A DNA stretch of 64,000 bases from a virus, in the IMG/VR virus record IMGVR_UViG_3300005253_000193, positions 41,964 to 105,963 of that record; one strand, given 5' to 3'. Below are positions 8,971 to 18,814 of the stretch, in pieces; the first letter of the stretch is position 1; every line of letters begins with the position of its first letter. The notes beneath the pieces are model-generated. The model worked only from the letters and a program-made list of their open reading frames with translations, was not told the DNA's origin and searched no databases. The position numbers and the translations under genes were made by a program.

Positions 8971-11900
8971 CATACCAGAGTCGGAAATCATACTTCCTTC
9001 TGACAAAGGGGTCATGATCTCGGCGGCTCCCCATCCCTTTAGAGCGAGCAATGAAATTTTCTTTGTTCAAGAAGGTGATACTATCGGTGAAATCTTTGAG
9101 AGGGTTCAACCAGATAGCGTTCTAAGAAAATACGCCCACATTTTTGTGGGTGATGTGTACATTCCAAAAGCATATTGGGGAAAGGTAAGGCCCAAAAACG
9201 GAGCGACGGTTTCTATACGAGTAGTTCCGATGGGAGGTGGTGGTGGGGGGAAAAAGAATCCGCTTAGAACGATTCTTACCATTGCTGTTATTGCCGCTTC
9301 ATGGTGGGCGTCTGCTGCTTGGGGTCCAGCTATGGCCCAGTCTATGTTTGGCCCCGGTTTTGCTGGAATGTCGTTTGGAGGAATTTCTGCTGCTAGAATA
9401 GGTGGTGCGATTGTTGGTGGCATGGTCTCCATGGCTGGCAATCTGTTGATAAATGCCATCGCACCCCCTCCAATGCCAAAGATGAGGAGCATGACCACTG
9501 GGCGTATATCATCGGAAAGGGATAGCCCAACCCTGTTTATTCAAGGAGCAAGAAATCAATTTCACCCATTTGGGGTTATTCCGAGAGTGCTTGGAAAGCA
9601 TCTGATGGTTCCCCCCTATGGTGCCAGGCCCTTCACTGAAACAGTTGGGGATGATCAGTATGTTCGGATGATTTTTTGTTATGGATATGGCCCTATCACT
9701 ATTGAGGATAGAAGAATTGGTGAGACTACTATCTCAGCTTTTGAGGAGGTGGAACGTGAGTTCCGCCGTGGGTTTAAAACGTCTCAAATAACGGACCAGG
9801 GCAATTGGGCTGCTGGGGTTCAGAAAACATTTTCTACTGGTGATGTGAATACTGCAACTGATGTTATCACTGTGACCAGCCACGGTTACAACGATGATGA
9901 TGAGGTGTTCTTTCTCTCATCGGAGGTGCCAGAGGATCTTCCGGCGCCTCTAGTCGAGGGAAAGCCTTATTATGCTTCCAGTACCACAACTCATACCCTC
10001 AAATTGGTTACGGCCGTGGAAGACCCGGTGCTGACCGAAATTGATCTATCGGATGTAGGAACAGGAACACATACCATTACAAAGTCCGATTCTGTTTCAT
10101 ATCCAAGCTCCCCCGACTTCGGAGACAAATATACTGTTACAACTCCGGGAAGAGTTGATGGTGTAGATTACATAACGGGGGATGTTATTATCTTCAATGA
10201 TACCGCTGCTGATAGTTCAAGCGATTCTTGGGACAAGAATGGGGATCAACCGTTAAAACTCTACACGGATGATGTTTACGAGGAATCCTTATCAATCCTT
10301 CTTACTCAGGCATCAGGTTGGTCCTTGAGGACTACCCAAGCCTCCACGGATGATATTTCGATTGACATTACGTTTTACAGAGGTCTTGTTCAATTCAGTG
10401 GTGCTGGAAGCAAAGGGGATCAGACAGTAGAACTCGAGATTGAGTCGAGCCTTACTGGTGTGGGCGATTGGAAGAAGCACGAGGTCACCTACGACGATGA
10501 TGGAGAAGAGATTTCTTATTCTGTTACTGCTCGCCAAACAAACGCTGTTCGTAGGAGTATTCATTGGCGGGTAGATACTCAGGGACAATATGATGTTCGT
10601 ATTAGACGAACAACCGCTGATACGGAAGATACAAAAATCTTTGACGAGATGACCTGGTCGGCTTTGAGGTCCATCACTGACCAGGATCCTATTAATATGT
10701 CCGGGATTGCTCTTGAAGCGGTTCGCATTAAAGCTACGGACCAATTGAGAGGTGTTGTTGATCAGTGGAATGCAATAGTTCAGAGTATCATTCTTGATTG
10801 GACCGGCTCTGCATGGGTTTTGGCTCCGACGAGTAATCCCGCTAGTTGTTATAGGGAAGTTCTTCAAGGGTCGGCCAATGGCAAACCTGTTGCTGATTCC
10901 AGGATGGACCTTTCTAATCTTCAGGACTGGCATGATTATTGTGCCACCAATGGTTTTGAATTTAATATGGTCAGGGACTTTGTTTCCACTGTGCATGAAA
11001 CCCTGATGGATATTGCAGCCGTTGGAAGATCAGCCAAGTCGGTTATTGATGGAAAGTGGGGGGTGATTACAGATCAGGTTCAGTCTACTTCCGTCCAACA
11101 TTTTACTCCACGAAACTCCTGGGGATACGAAGGCACAAGAAATTATTATGATCTTCCTCATGCGTTCAGAGTGCGTTTTATAAACAGAGACAAGAGATGG
11201 AGGGAGGATTCTAGAATCGTCTATGATGATGGTTATGACTCCGACAGCGCAACAGAGTTCGAGGAGCTGGAGCTTTCAGGTATCACCGATTCGGACCATG
11301 TTTGGAAGGACGGACGTTATCATATTGCTTCCATTAGGCTCCGCCCGGACGAACACAAGTTTAGCACCGACTTTGAATATATCATTGCAACTCGTGGACA
11401 GAAGATTCTTTTCACTCATGATGTTATCAATATTGGTATTGCGGCGGGGAGAATTAAATCTGTTGCTGTTGATGGGGGAGACGCTACTGATATTACAGTG
11501 GATGAAGCCTTGGATATGGAGCTTGGAAAGAATTATGGAGTATCTATCCGGACAGATGATGACAATGAGTTGACTGAGCAAATTATTACCAATGCCGGAT
11601 CTCAGACTACCGTCACTTTTACTACTCCTATTCCTGCTGCCAATATACCAACGGCTGGAGACCTCTTTGGTTTTGGTGAATTGGGATCAGAAACGATTGA
11701 TTTGGTGATTAAGAGCATCAATCCTTTAGGTGATTTTGCTGCTCAGCTTACTTGTGTTGATTATAACAGTGCCCTTTACACCGCTGATTCTGGGACTATC
11801 CCCCCATGGACAAGTAACGTCACTATCCCGGTGGAGATTTCCTATCCGGCCGTGACGGATATTGTTTCTGATGAATCGGCGATGGCTTTGTTCCCAGGCG

Positions 11901-13174
11901 GCCTCCTTATTTTGAGGGTCCAGGTTATTTTTGGATTCTTCGAAAGACGTCCCACCGAGGTTACATCGATAGAAGCGCGTTTCCGCCCGTCTGGTTCTGA
12001 GGGGGCGTGGCTTAATACGATCGCAAACGGTCAAGCCCCGGAGATTTTTCTCGAGCCAGTTGAGGAAGGAGAAGTGCTTGAGTTTCAAGTACGCGCAAGG
12101 ACTGGTACAGGTGATGGTCCTTGGGGTCCCCTTCTGATCCATACTGTGATTGGAGGATCTACGCCGCCGGATGAGGTTGACTCTGTTTATATTGAGAGTG
12201 GATCCCTTCATTGGGTGTTTGCCGATCCTCCACGAGATTTTGATGGTTATATTCTCAAAACTCGTGGCGGCTTCTCCGTAAACTGGTCAGACGCGATGCA
12301 AGTTCATGATGATATATACAGAGAGCAGTCATTTGAAATAAATAAGCTTCCCTCTGGTCCAAGAACTTTCATGGTAGCTACCATCGACAAGTTTGGAAAT
12401 GAGAGTACGTCAAAGCCATTTGTGTTTCTTACCGTTCCGGATGCTTCAACAAACAATATTCTTGAGACGTTCGACTTTAAGGCGTTGGGTTTCCCAGGCA
12501 CCTTAACAGACTGTACCATTGTGTCTGGAGATCTGAAGGCTGATAGTCATGGTGATTTATATCTTCCTATAGATTCGGCCCTTTATTTGAGCGATGGAGC
12601 TGCTTTGTATCTTCCCATAACCTACAAAGATATGACCTATCAGTCGTCCTTAGTTCCAAATTATTGGCCTTCAGAAATTTCATTTGAAATCACCATAGCC
12701 GGTAATTCCTGGACGATGGAATATCGTACACAGGGGGATTCGATTTATCTTCCAGCAGGAGCCAACATATATCTTCCTATAGGAACTGATCCTTTTTTGG
12801 AAAGTCCTTCTTCTTGGCGAGTAATGCCAGTGAAATTCAGTGCAGCGAGACAAAAATACGACATTCGAATTTCCATTTCTGGTGGTTCAACGAGAGGAGT
12901 TATTTCCGAGGATATTGCGACGATGGATGTTGAGGATATTGTTGAAAGATTTACAGATGTAGTTCTATCTTCTGGAGGAAGTAGATTGCCTATTACGAAA
13001 ACATACCGTAGTATCGTTTATGTCGAGGATATAGTTCTTCAGAGTGCGGCCAATGTGGCTTCAATTCAGGTTGTGGATATGAATGCGACACTTGGACCTT
13101 TGGTTAAACTTTTGGACTTCTCCGGTTCTGACATTGGGGGAACCCTTAACAATGCAGCCGTAAGAGGTTACTAA
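8945..13174 (+). CDS. Tail tip / host specificity protein (gpI+gpJ-like)
   Basis: About 1409 aa; IPRVLG, YDVRIRR, SNPA, L..WHDYC and FnIII-like C-terminal region; ATG at 8945. Confidence 0.85.
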   Translation: MSKLLPILNIPESEIILPSDKGVMISAAPHPFRASNEIFFVQEGDTIGEIFERVQPDSVLRKYAHIFVGDVYIPKAYWGKVRPKNGATVSIRVVPMGGGGGGKKNPLRTILTIAVIAASWWASAAWGPAMAQSMFGPGFAGMSFGGISAARIGGAIVGGMVSMAGNLLINAIAPPPMPKMRSMTTGRISSERDSPTLFIQGARNQFHPFGVIPRVLGKHLMVPPYGARPFTETVGDDQYVRMIFCYGYGPITIEDRRIGETTISAFEEVEREFRRGFKTSQITDQGNWAAGVQKTFSTGDVNTATDVITVTSHGYNDDDEVFFLSSEVPEDLPAPLVEGKPYYASSTTTHTLKLVTAVEDPVLTEIDLSDVGTGTHTITKSDSVSYPSSPDFGDKYTVTTPGRVDGVDYITGDVIIFNDTAADSSSDSWDKNGDQPLKLYTDDVYEESLSILLTQASGWSLRTTQASTDDISIDITFYRGLVQFSGAGSKGDQTVELEIESSLTGVGDWKKHEVTYDDDGEEISYSVTARQTNAVRRSIHWRVDTQGQYDVRIRRTTADTEDTKIFDEMTWSALRSITDQDPINMSGIALEAVRIKATDQLRGVVDQWNAIVQSIILDWTGSAWVLAPTSNPASCYREVLQGSANGKPVADSRMDLSNLQDWHDYCATNGFEFNMVRDFVSTVHETLMDIAAVGRSAKSVIDGKWGVITDQVQSTSVQHFTPRNSWGYEGTRNYYDLPHAFRVRFINRDKRWREDSRIVYDDGYDSDSATEFEELELSGITDSDHVWKDGRYHIASIRLRPDEHKFSTDFEYIIATRGQKILFTHDVINIGIAAGRIKSVAVDGGDATDITVDEALDMELGKNYGVSIRTDDDNELTEQIITNAGSQTTVTFTTPIPAANIPTAGDLFGFGELGSETIDLVIKSINPLGDFAAQLTCVDYNSALYTADSGTIPPWTSNVTIPVEISYPAVTDIVSDESAMALFPGGLLILRVQVIFGFFERRPTEVTSIEARFRPSGSEGAWLNTIANGQAPEIFLEPVEEGEVLEFQVRARTGTGDGPWGPLLIHTVIGGSTPPDEVDSVYIESGSLHWVFADPPRDFDGYILKTRGGFSVNWSDAMQVHDDIYREQSFEINKLPSGPRTFMVATIDKFGNESTSKPFVFLTVPDASTNNILETFDFKALGFPGTLTDCTIVSGDLKADSHGDLYLPIDSALYLSDGAALYLPITYKDMTYQSSLVPNYWPSEISFEITIAGNSWTMEYRTQGDSIYLPAGANIYLPIGTDPFLESPSSWRVMPVKFSAARQKYDIRISISGGSTRGVISEDIATMDVEDIVERFTDVVLSSGGSRLPITKTYRSIVYVEDIVLQSAANVASIQVVDMNATLGPLVKLLDFSGSDIGGTLNNAAVRGY

Positions 13175-14322
13175 TGACCAGCATTCCGGCAGAGGGCTAC
13201 TTCACTGTTGAAGCTCGAACGAATGCAGAGGCAAAGACAGCCCATGACGATGGGCTTGAAATTCACCGAGAGCATTTGGGTGGCAATGCCATAGCTGAAC
13301 TCACTATTTCATCTGGCTCTGTGACAGCAACCCAGGGCTTCCATTCGATTGATACGGAGATTGATGCGGGCAGTGACTTTCTGGACAACATTGTTCAGAC
13401 CAATCTGGATGCAGGCCATCTCCTTCTTATTCGTGCTCAGGATTCCGGCAGGACTGTCAACGTAAGGGATATACAGGGAGGTGCTGGTGAGATTCTCACC
13501 GCCGACGGTGCCACTTTTGCTCTTGACAATATTGATAAGTGGCTTCTTCTTGTTCGAGAGGGTGCTCAGTGGTTGGAGGTTTTACGATCCTATGGAACGG
13601 ATTCTGCCAGCGCGGCAGCCTTTTTGGGTGCGGCCGTTCTAGGAGCAAATATTTTTACGGGGGTCCAAAAATGGGATAAGGGTGGTGATGTAGCAAGCAC
13701 CGCTTCGATGTCCTTGGGTACAGATGGGAATTCCTTCGACATCACTGGTACGGATGCCATAACCTCGATCGCCACCCTCGGTCTTGGAACGTGGGTACTG
13801 CTCCGATTTACTGGAATATTGACATTTACACATCACTCTACAGATCTGATTTGTCCTGGGGGACAGAACATAACGACAGCGGTGGATACTCGCATACTGC
13901 TGTGGGAATATGCTGTCGGAGATTGGATGGTGATGGGCCATGAGCAGGCTGGAGCGAGAAATTATGAAGACCGCACACTGCAAAGGGTCAACTTCAAGGA
14001 CACTGGCGAGATCACCGTCGCCAAGGGGAACCTCGGGGCCACTCCGGATTTCGATATGGAGGACGGTAACAGTTTCCTCGGGACCCTCGACCAGGCCGCG
14101 AGCCCGACGTTCAGCAACCCGACGGCGAGCGACGAGCTGTGCGGGTTCGCCCTGGGCCTGACGAACGGCGAGGCGTTCACCATCACCTGGCCCGCCAGCG
14201 TAGACTGGGAGGGTGGGTCGCCACCGACGCTCACCGCCTCGGGCTACGATGAATTGATCTTCTGGACCCGCGACGGTGGGACCATCTGGCATGGTGCCGT
14301 CGTGACCACGGACAGCAGTTGA
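13174..14322 (+). CDS. Tail fibre protein 1
   Basis: N-terminus shared with 16308..17762; C-terminal TITWPASVDWEGGSPPTLT..G.D fibre motif. Confidence 0.7.
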   Translation: MTSIPAEGYFTVEARTNAEAKTAHDDGLEIHREHLGGNAIAELTISSGSVTATQGFHSIDTEIDAGSDFLDNIVQTNLDAGHLLLIRAQDSGRTVNVRDIQGGAGEILTADGATFALDNIDKWLLLVREGAQWLEVLRSYGTDSASAAAFLGAAVLGANIFTGVQKWDKGGDVASTASMSLGTDGNSFDITGTDAITSIATLGLGTWVLLRFTGILTFTHHSTDLICPGGQNITTAVDTRILLWEYAVGDWMVMGHEQAGARNYEDRTLQRVNFKDTGEITVAKGNLGATPDFDMEDGNSFLGTLDQAASPTFSNPTASDELCGFALGLTNGEAFTITWPASVDWEGGSPPTLTASGYDELIFWTRDGGTIWHGAVVTTDSS

Positions 14323-15020
14323 TGACGATCCTTCGTAGGATGATGATGGCGGCGGCGGGTGGGGTAACTCCTGACTTACCCGTGACCTCTGATCTGGTGA
14401 TGCACTTCCGGGCCGATCTGGGAATAACCAAAGATGGGAGCGATTACGTTTCCCAATGGGACGATCAGAGCGTCAACAATCGCCATCTGACTGAGGCGAC
14501 GAACAAGCCTTTGTGGGTCGATGGCTTGGTCAATGGTCGCCCAGCCGTCCGGTTCGACGGGGCGAACGACCAACTCTCGGAGGCTGGAGGGACCGTAGCC
14601 CAGCCGGTACACGTTTTCACTGTCGCCAACTACCTGACTTGGACCAATGGCGAGACTTCCTTCGGGTACAGGACCGTTCCGGGGGCCATGATACAACAAC
14701 GAACATCCACCCCCCGCGTGTATCAATTGATCGACAATATTTCGGGTGGTTACGTGTCCCCGACACTTGGCACGTTTTTTCTTATCCATCACGTCATCAG
14801 CAATGCCTCGTCATCGCTCGCACTCAACGATGGGGGGGACGTTGGTGGGGCCACTGGGACACGCACAATGAATGGTGGTTTCACTATGGGGGCGGAATTT
14901 CCGGGCGCCGGCTGGTGCAACGTGGAGGTCGCCGAGGCCATTGTCTACGACGCGATCAAGTCCGGCGGTGATCTGACCTCAATCAAGAATTATCTCAACG
15001 ATCTATACGCCCTTTGGTAG
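14319..15020 (+). CDS. LamG/concanavalin-like jelly-roll protein (putative receptor binding)
   Basis: LVMHFRAD, VSQWDDQS.N, NGRPAVRFDG and EAIVYD motifs. Confidence 0.65.
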   Translation: MMTILRRMMMAAAGGVTPDLPVTSDLVMHFRADLGITKDGSDYVSQWDDQSVNNRHLTEATNKPLWVDGLVNGRPAVRFDGANDQLSEAGGTVAQPVHVFTVANYLTWTNGETSFGYRTVPGAMIQQRTSTPRVYQLIDNISGGYVSPTLGTFFLIHHVISNASSSLALNDGGDVGGATGTRTMNGGFTMGAEFPGAGWCNVEVAEAIVYDAIKSGGDLTSIKNYLNDLYALW

Positions 15021-15031
15021 GAGGTTGAAAC

Positions 15032-15496
15032 ATGACTGATTATTGCCACATCGATGACGGCGCCATCGACGATGGGCCGCGAGCTTTGCCAAGAGCCTGG
15101 CGCAACGTTAGTGGCTTGCGTCGGGGGACACCTGAGTTTTTGAAAGACAAGGGCTGGTTGCCCGTGCGCTACGTCGATGAGTCCTTCGACCCCGCAACGC
15201 AAGTGCGGACGGGGCCTGTTGGGTGCAACGTCGGTGACCCGGTGCCACCTGATGCCGACGAGGTTGTCGGGATCTACACCGTCAAGGACAAGACGCAATT
15301 GGAGCTGGATGACGACCAGCAGGCCGTCGACATCGCCAAACTTTCAACATCGGTGGACAAGATCGCGTTCATTCTGACCGAGCTGACTCAGAAGTTGTTC
15401 GAGAAGAACGTTATCATCCCTGATGATTTTACCCAACCTGTGCGGCAGATTTATCGGGAAATCGAAGAAATCGTGGGTAGAGCCAAACCAAAGTAG
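15032..15496 (+). CDS. Fibre-associated/assembly protein
   Basis: LP..W.NVSG...L...GWLPV; GGAGG RBS; position. Confidence 0.45.
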   Translation: MTDYCHIDDGAIDDGPRALPRAWRNVSGLRRGTPEFLKDKGWLPVRYVDESFDPATQVRTGPVGCNVGDPVPPDADEVVGIYTVKDKTQLELDDDQQAVDIAKLSTSVDKIAFILTELTQKLFEKNVIIPDDFTQPVRQIYREIEEIVGRAKPK

Positions 15497-15504
15497 GAAC
15501 AAAC

Positions 15505-15807
15505 ATGGTCGAAGAAGTACTTACCGACTGGCGCTTTTGGATCGTTGCCGTTGGAGTCATCCTCGCCATCGCCGAGACCCGGTGGACGGTGAAGCGACAT
15601 AACAATATCCTGAACGGTGGCAAGCCTGGCGAGAACTTGGCGACCATAGTCATACTCACCGCAAAAGCTGTTGAAAGGCTTGAGAAAGACATCCGTGACT
15701 TACGTAAGGAGTTCACGGAGGAGCGCGGTGTCCGTAGCTTATGTGCAAGACGCGTACACGATAGAATCGACAATTTAGGGGTGGAAAACCGATCCGATAG
15801 CGGGTAA
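15505..15807 (+). CDS. Membrane protein with coiled coil (holin-like?)
   Basis: N-terminal TM segment FWIVAVGVILAIA; lies upstream of lysis genes. Confidence 0.4.
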   Translation: MVEEVLTDWRFWIVAVGVILAIAETRWTVKRHNNILNGGKPGENLATIVILTAKAVERLEKDIRDLRKEFTEERGVRSLCARRVHDRIDNLGVENRSDSG

Positions 15808-15836
15808 TTAGAATTATAACAATTGGGGAATGAGTC

Positions 15837-16190
15837 ATGCGTGCGCGAGACAAGGCAAAAGAGTGGGCAACGTCGGTTAAGTTCTGGATCACATGCGCGG
15901 TCCTCGTTGTAGGAACATTGGGGGGCCTTGGATATGCGTTTGATCGCCCGGTGTGGCTTAGTGAATTAAGAGCGCATGAGGTGGCGGCTGGAGAGGTAAT
16001 GGATAACCTCCAGCAGCAGACTACCATCAACGTGGAAAATATTCTTGAGATCAAAATTGATCAGATGCAACTTCGTATTTGGGATCAGGAAGATCGCCTC
16101 GAGGATTACAATACTAAGGATGGTTGGAGCCGACTTCGCGATCTGAACCAACAATTGAAGAGGTTAATTCGTGAACGGAAAGATAAATAG
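15837..16190 (+). CDS. Membrane protein with coiled coil
   Basis: TM segment FWITCAVLVVGTLGGLGYAF. Confidence 0.45.
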   Translation: MRARDKAKEWATSVKFWITCAVLVVGTLGGLGYAFDRPVWLSELRAHEVAAGEVMDNLQQQTTINVENILEIKIDQMQLRIWDQEDRLEDYNTKDGWSRLRDLNQQLKRLIRERKDK

Positions 16191-16191
16191 T

Positions 16192-16311
16192 GTGCTTGTT
16201 GCTGTATTTGCTTTTATGGCAATGTCACTCGCCACACAGACTGTATGTGGCTCCTACAATGACGTGGTGGTCAACTTGGCGAATGACAAATTTAGGAAAA
16301 AAGTAAAATGA
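16192..16311 (+). pseudogene. Truncated paralog of 17769..18065
   Basis: MLVAVFAFMAMSLATQTVCGSYNDVVVNL resembles LAFFMFLATLPATAQMLCGPRADVLTNL; stops at the ATGA overlap with fibre 2. Confidence 0.5.
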
Positions 16312-17762
16312 CCAGTATTCCGACAGCAGGCTATTTTATAGACGGGGCAAGGACAAATCTTGAGGCAAAGACAGCTCAAGATGAAATGCTTGAGGTCCTC
16401 CGGGAAGAATTGGGTGGCAATGCCATAGCTGAACTCACTATTTCATCTGGCTCTGTGACAGCAACCCAGGGTCTTCACTCAATTGATACAGAGAGTGATG
16501 CAGGCGACGATTATCTGGACAATATTATTCAAACTAATCTGGATGCAGGTCATCTCCTTCTCATCCGTGCCGAAGATGCTGGTAGGACCATCAATGTAAG
16601 ACATTCTCAAGGTGGTGCTGGAGAGATCATCACTGCCGAAGCTTCAACTATTGTCCTTGATGATACAAACAAGTGGATTCTCTTGGTCCGTAAGGGAACC
16701 CAATGGTTGGAAGTGTTTAAATCTTATAGGGCTGTCAAGGGCGCGGATATCACTTCGGCCTCGCCGCTGGTGATCGGGCCGGTCGGCAATTATTTCGACG
16801 TGGTGGGTGCCGTGGACTTCGCCGTGATGACAGTCGCGGCCGACCGTTGGTTCATGCTCCACTTCGACTCCGCGCTGACGATCACACATGGCGGCTCCCT
16901 AGCCCTCCCGAACGGTAGGGATATCGAGACCGCCGCAGGTACTGAGCTCACGTGCATGTCGATCGGCGTTAACTCCGTCCGTGTGTTGTCCGTGTCCCCC
17001 CCGGTCACCCAGCCCGTCTTCTTCGAGGAGAGCTCCGACATCACCCTCGTGGAGACGGACCACGGGCGGACCCTCCATATCACCGATACTGCGACCGTCA
17101 CCCTGCCCGACGCGGCCGCCGCCGGTCCGGGGTGGACGATCCGCGTGATGAAGTACAGCGCCGGTGTTGAGCGCCCGGCGACTATCGTTCCTGCCGGTGC
17201 CGACACCATTGAGCTTTGGGCGGACCCCGGCCTGACATCGATCCTGCTGTTCACCTCGGGCGACTACCTCGACCTGATATCCACCGGGTCGGGCTGGGTC
17301 GCGTCGGGTGAGGTGATTGTCAAGATGAGCGTGATTCTCAACGCGGAGACCCAGGTGGTCGCCAACACCACCAACACCGTGGTGGAGTTCGATGCCGTCG
17401 GTGCCGACACGCACTCGGGCTGGGAGGGGGTGCAGCCTTACCATTACGAGATACCTTTCTCGGGCTACTACCTACTGAATACCGTGGTGATCGTGGACGA
17501 GGGCTCTTCGCCCCACGGGTGGGATGTGTCCATCAGGAGGGTCGTATCCGGGCCGTCTACAGAGTGGATCGCGCTGACCCGTAACCTCATGCCTGGGACC
17601 GGTGATGAGGATAATCTGTCATTGCTCAGTATGTGGAACTGGTTGGCCAAGGGAGAAGAGGTGCTTGTCATGGTGCGGCAGGACAGCGGCGGCAACCTGA
17701 ACATACAGGGATCGACTGTTAGGCAGGAACAGACTCAGTTCGAAATCGTCCGGCTGGGATGA
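16308..17762 (+). CDS. Tail fibre protein 2
   Basis: First ~138 aa homologous to fibre 1; TVTLPDAA..G.GW module; C1q-like C-terminus (PFSGYYL). Confidence 0.7.
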   Translation: MTSIPTAGYFIDGARTNLEAKTAQDEMLEVLREELGGNAIAELTISSGSVTATQGLHSIDTESDAGDDYLDNIIQTNLDAGHLLLIRAEDAGRTINVRHSQGGAGEIITAEASTIVLDDTNKWILLVRKGTQWLEVFKSYRAVKGADITSASPLVIGPVGNYFDVVGAVDFAVMTVAADRWFMLHFDSALTITHGGSLALPNGRDIETAAGTELTCMSIGVNSVRVLSVSPPVTQPVFFEESSDITLVETDHGRTLHITDTATVTLPDAAAAGPGWTIRVMKYSAGVERPATIVPAGADTIELWADPGLTSILLFTSGDYLDLISTGSGWVASGEVIVKMSVILNAETQVVANTTNTVVEFDAVGADTHSGWEGVQPYHYEIPFSGYYLLNTVVIVDEGSSPHGWDVSIRRVVSGPSTEWIALTRNLMPGTGDEDNLSLLSMWNWLAKGEEVLVMVRQDSGGNLNIQGSTVRQEQTQFEIVRLG

Positions 17763-17768
17763 TTCTAT

Positions 17769-18065
17769 ATGGTACGAGCATTAGCCTTTTTCATGTTCCT
17801 TGCCACCCTGCCAGCGACCGCACAGATGCTGTGCGGTCCCCGCGCCGACGTGCTGACCAACCTGACGGAGGGCCATGGTGAGTATTCAGCGTCGATGGGC
17901 CTGGCCAGCAACGGCGCGGTGATTGAGGTATTCGTATCCGCGATCGATAGGGATGTCGGTGGGCGATCCTTTACCATCGTCATGACCCGGCCCGACGGTT
18001 TGAGCTGTTTGATGGCGGCGGGCAACAACTGGGAAGACCTACTGATAAGGATGAACGGGACATGA
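17769..18065 (+). CDS. Secreted small protein in the lysis cassette
   Basis: Signal peptide, then CGPR..VL..L...GE...SC...AG..W. Confidence 0.5.
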   Translation: MVRALAFFMFLATLPATAQMLCGPRADVLTNLTEGHGEYSASMGLASNGAVIEVFVSAIDRDVGGRSFTIVMTRPDGLSCLMAAGNNWEDLLIRMNGT

Positions 18066-18547
18066 TCCCCCCAATTCAATTTCTCCAGGACGTTATTGGC
18101 CCAACGCTCACGCATCTGGCCGCCATGGAGCCCCGGCTGGACACACCAGCGGCTCGAGCACTTCTTCTTGGCACGGCGATCCAGGAATCCCATCTGTCGG
18201 CTTATAAACAACTCGGCGGCGGACCCGCAATGTCGTTTTTCCAGATCGAGCCGGCGACATTTGAGGACATCTTCGACCGCTACCTCAGCCGCCCTGATAA
18301 GTCCGCTCTACGTGGTGCTGTTCGCGCCCTACTGATTCCAGCATTCGAGCCCGGCGAGCAGTTGGACACGAATCAACACTTGGCCTGTGCGATTGCCAGG
18401 ATCCGGTATTGGATGGTTCCCGAGAGGATGCCCCGCCCGGATGACATCGATGGCTTGGCGGTCTACTGGAAGCTCCACTACAATACGACCGGCGGCGGCG
18501 GCTCTGCGTCGGAATGGGCACTTAATTTTCGAAAGTACGCCAGTTAG
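18062..18547 (+). CDS. Putative endolysin (lysozyme-like)
   Basis: LLLGTAIQES..QLGGGPA..FQIEPAT and YWK.HYNT motifs; position. Confidence 0.65.
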   Translation: MIPPIQFLQDVIGPTLTHLAAMEPRLDTPAARALLLGTAIQESHLSAYKQLGGGPAMSFFQIEPATFEDIFDRYLSRPDKSALRGAVRALLIPAFEPGEQLDTNQHLACAIARIRYWMVPERMPRPDDIDGLAVYWKLHYNTTGGGGSASEWALNFRKYAS

Positions 18548-18556
18548 GAAAAAATC

Positions 18557-18814
18557 ATGAAACGCCTTCTTATCCTCGCCTCCCTCCTCCTCATCGCTGG
18601 CTGCGGGCTGACACCTGTTGGTGATCAGTACAGGGAAGCCGCTCGCATGGCCGCTAAGACCGTCGCCGATCAAACCCTGGCCAACGTCGAATGGGCATTG
18701 TGCAATGCCATGACGATTGGTGCTATCACCCGTCGCTACGGCCGCATCCCGACAAAGGCTACGGCCTATCGGAATCTGTGCCGCGAGGCCCCGACTTTAT
18801 TGTTGACGCCATGA
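18557..18814 (+). CDS. Lipoprotein (spanin-like?)
   Basis: MKR + hydrophobic segment + LIAGC lipobox, directly after the endolysin. Confidence 0.6.
   Translation: MKRLLILASLLLIAGCGLTPVGDQYREAARMAAKTVADQTLANVEWALCNAMTIGAITRRYGRIPTKATAYRNLCREAPTLLLTP

Noticed and set aside
13174-17762. Diversity-generating retroelement or invertase shufflon at the fibres
   Set aside because: No reverse transcriptase or recombinase; the repeats are direct, N-terminal and not adenine-specific variants.
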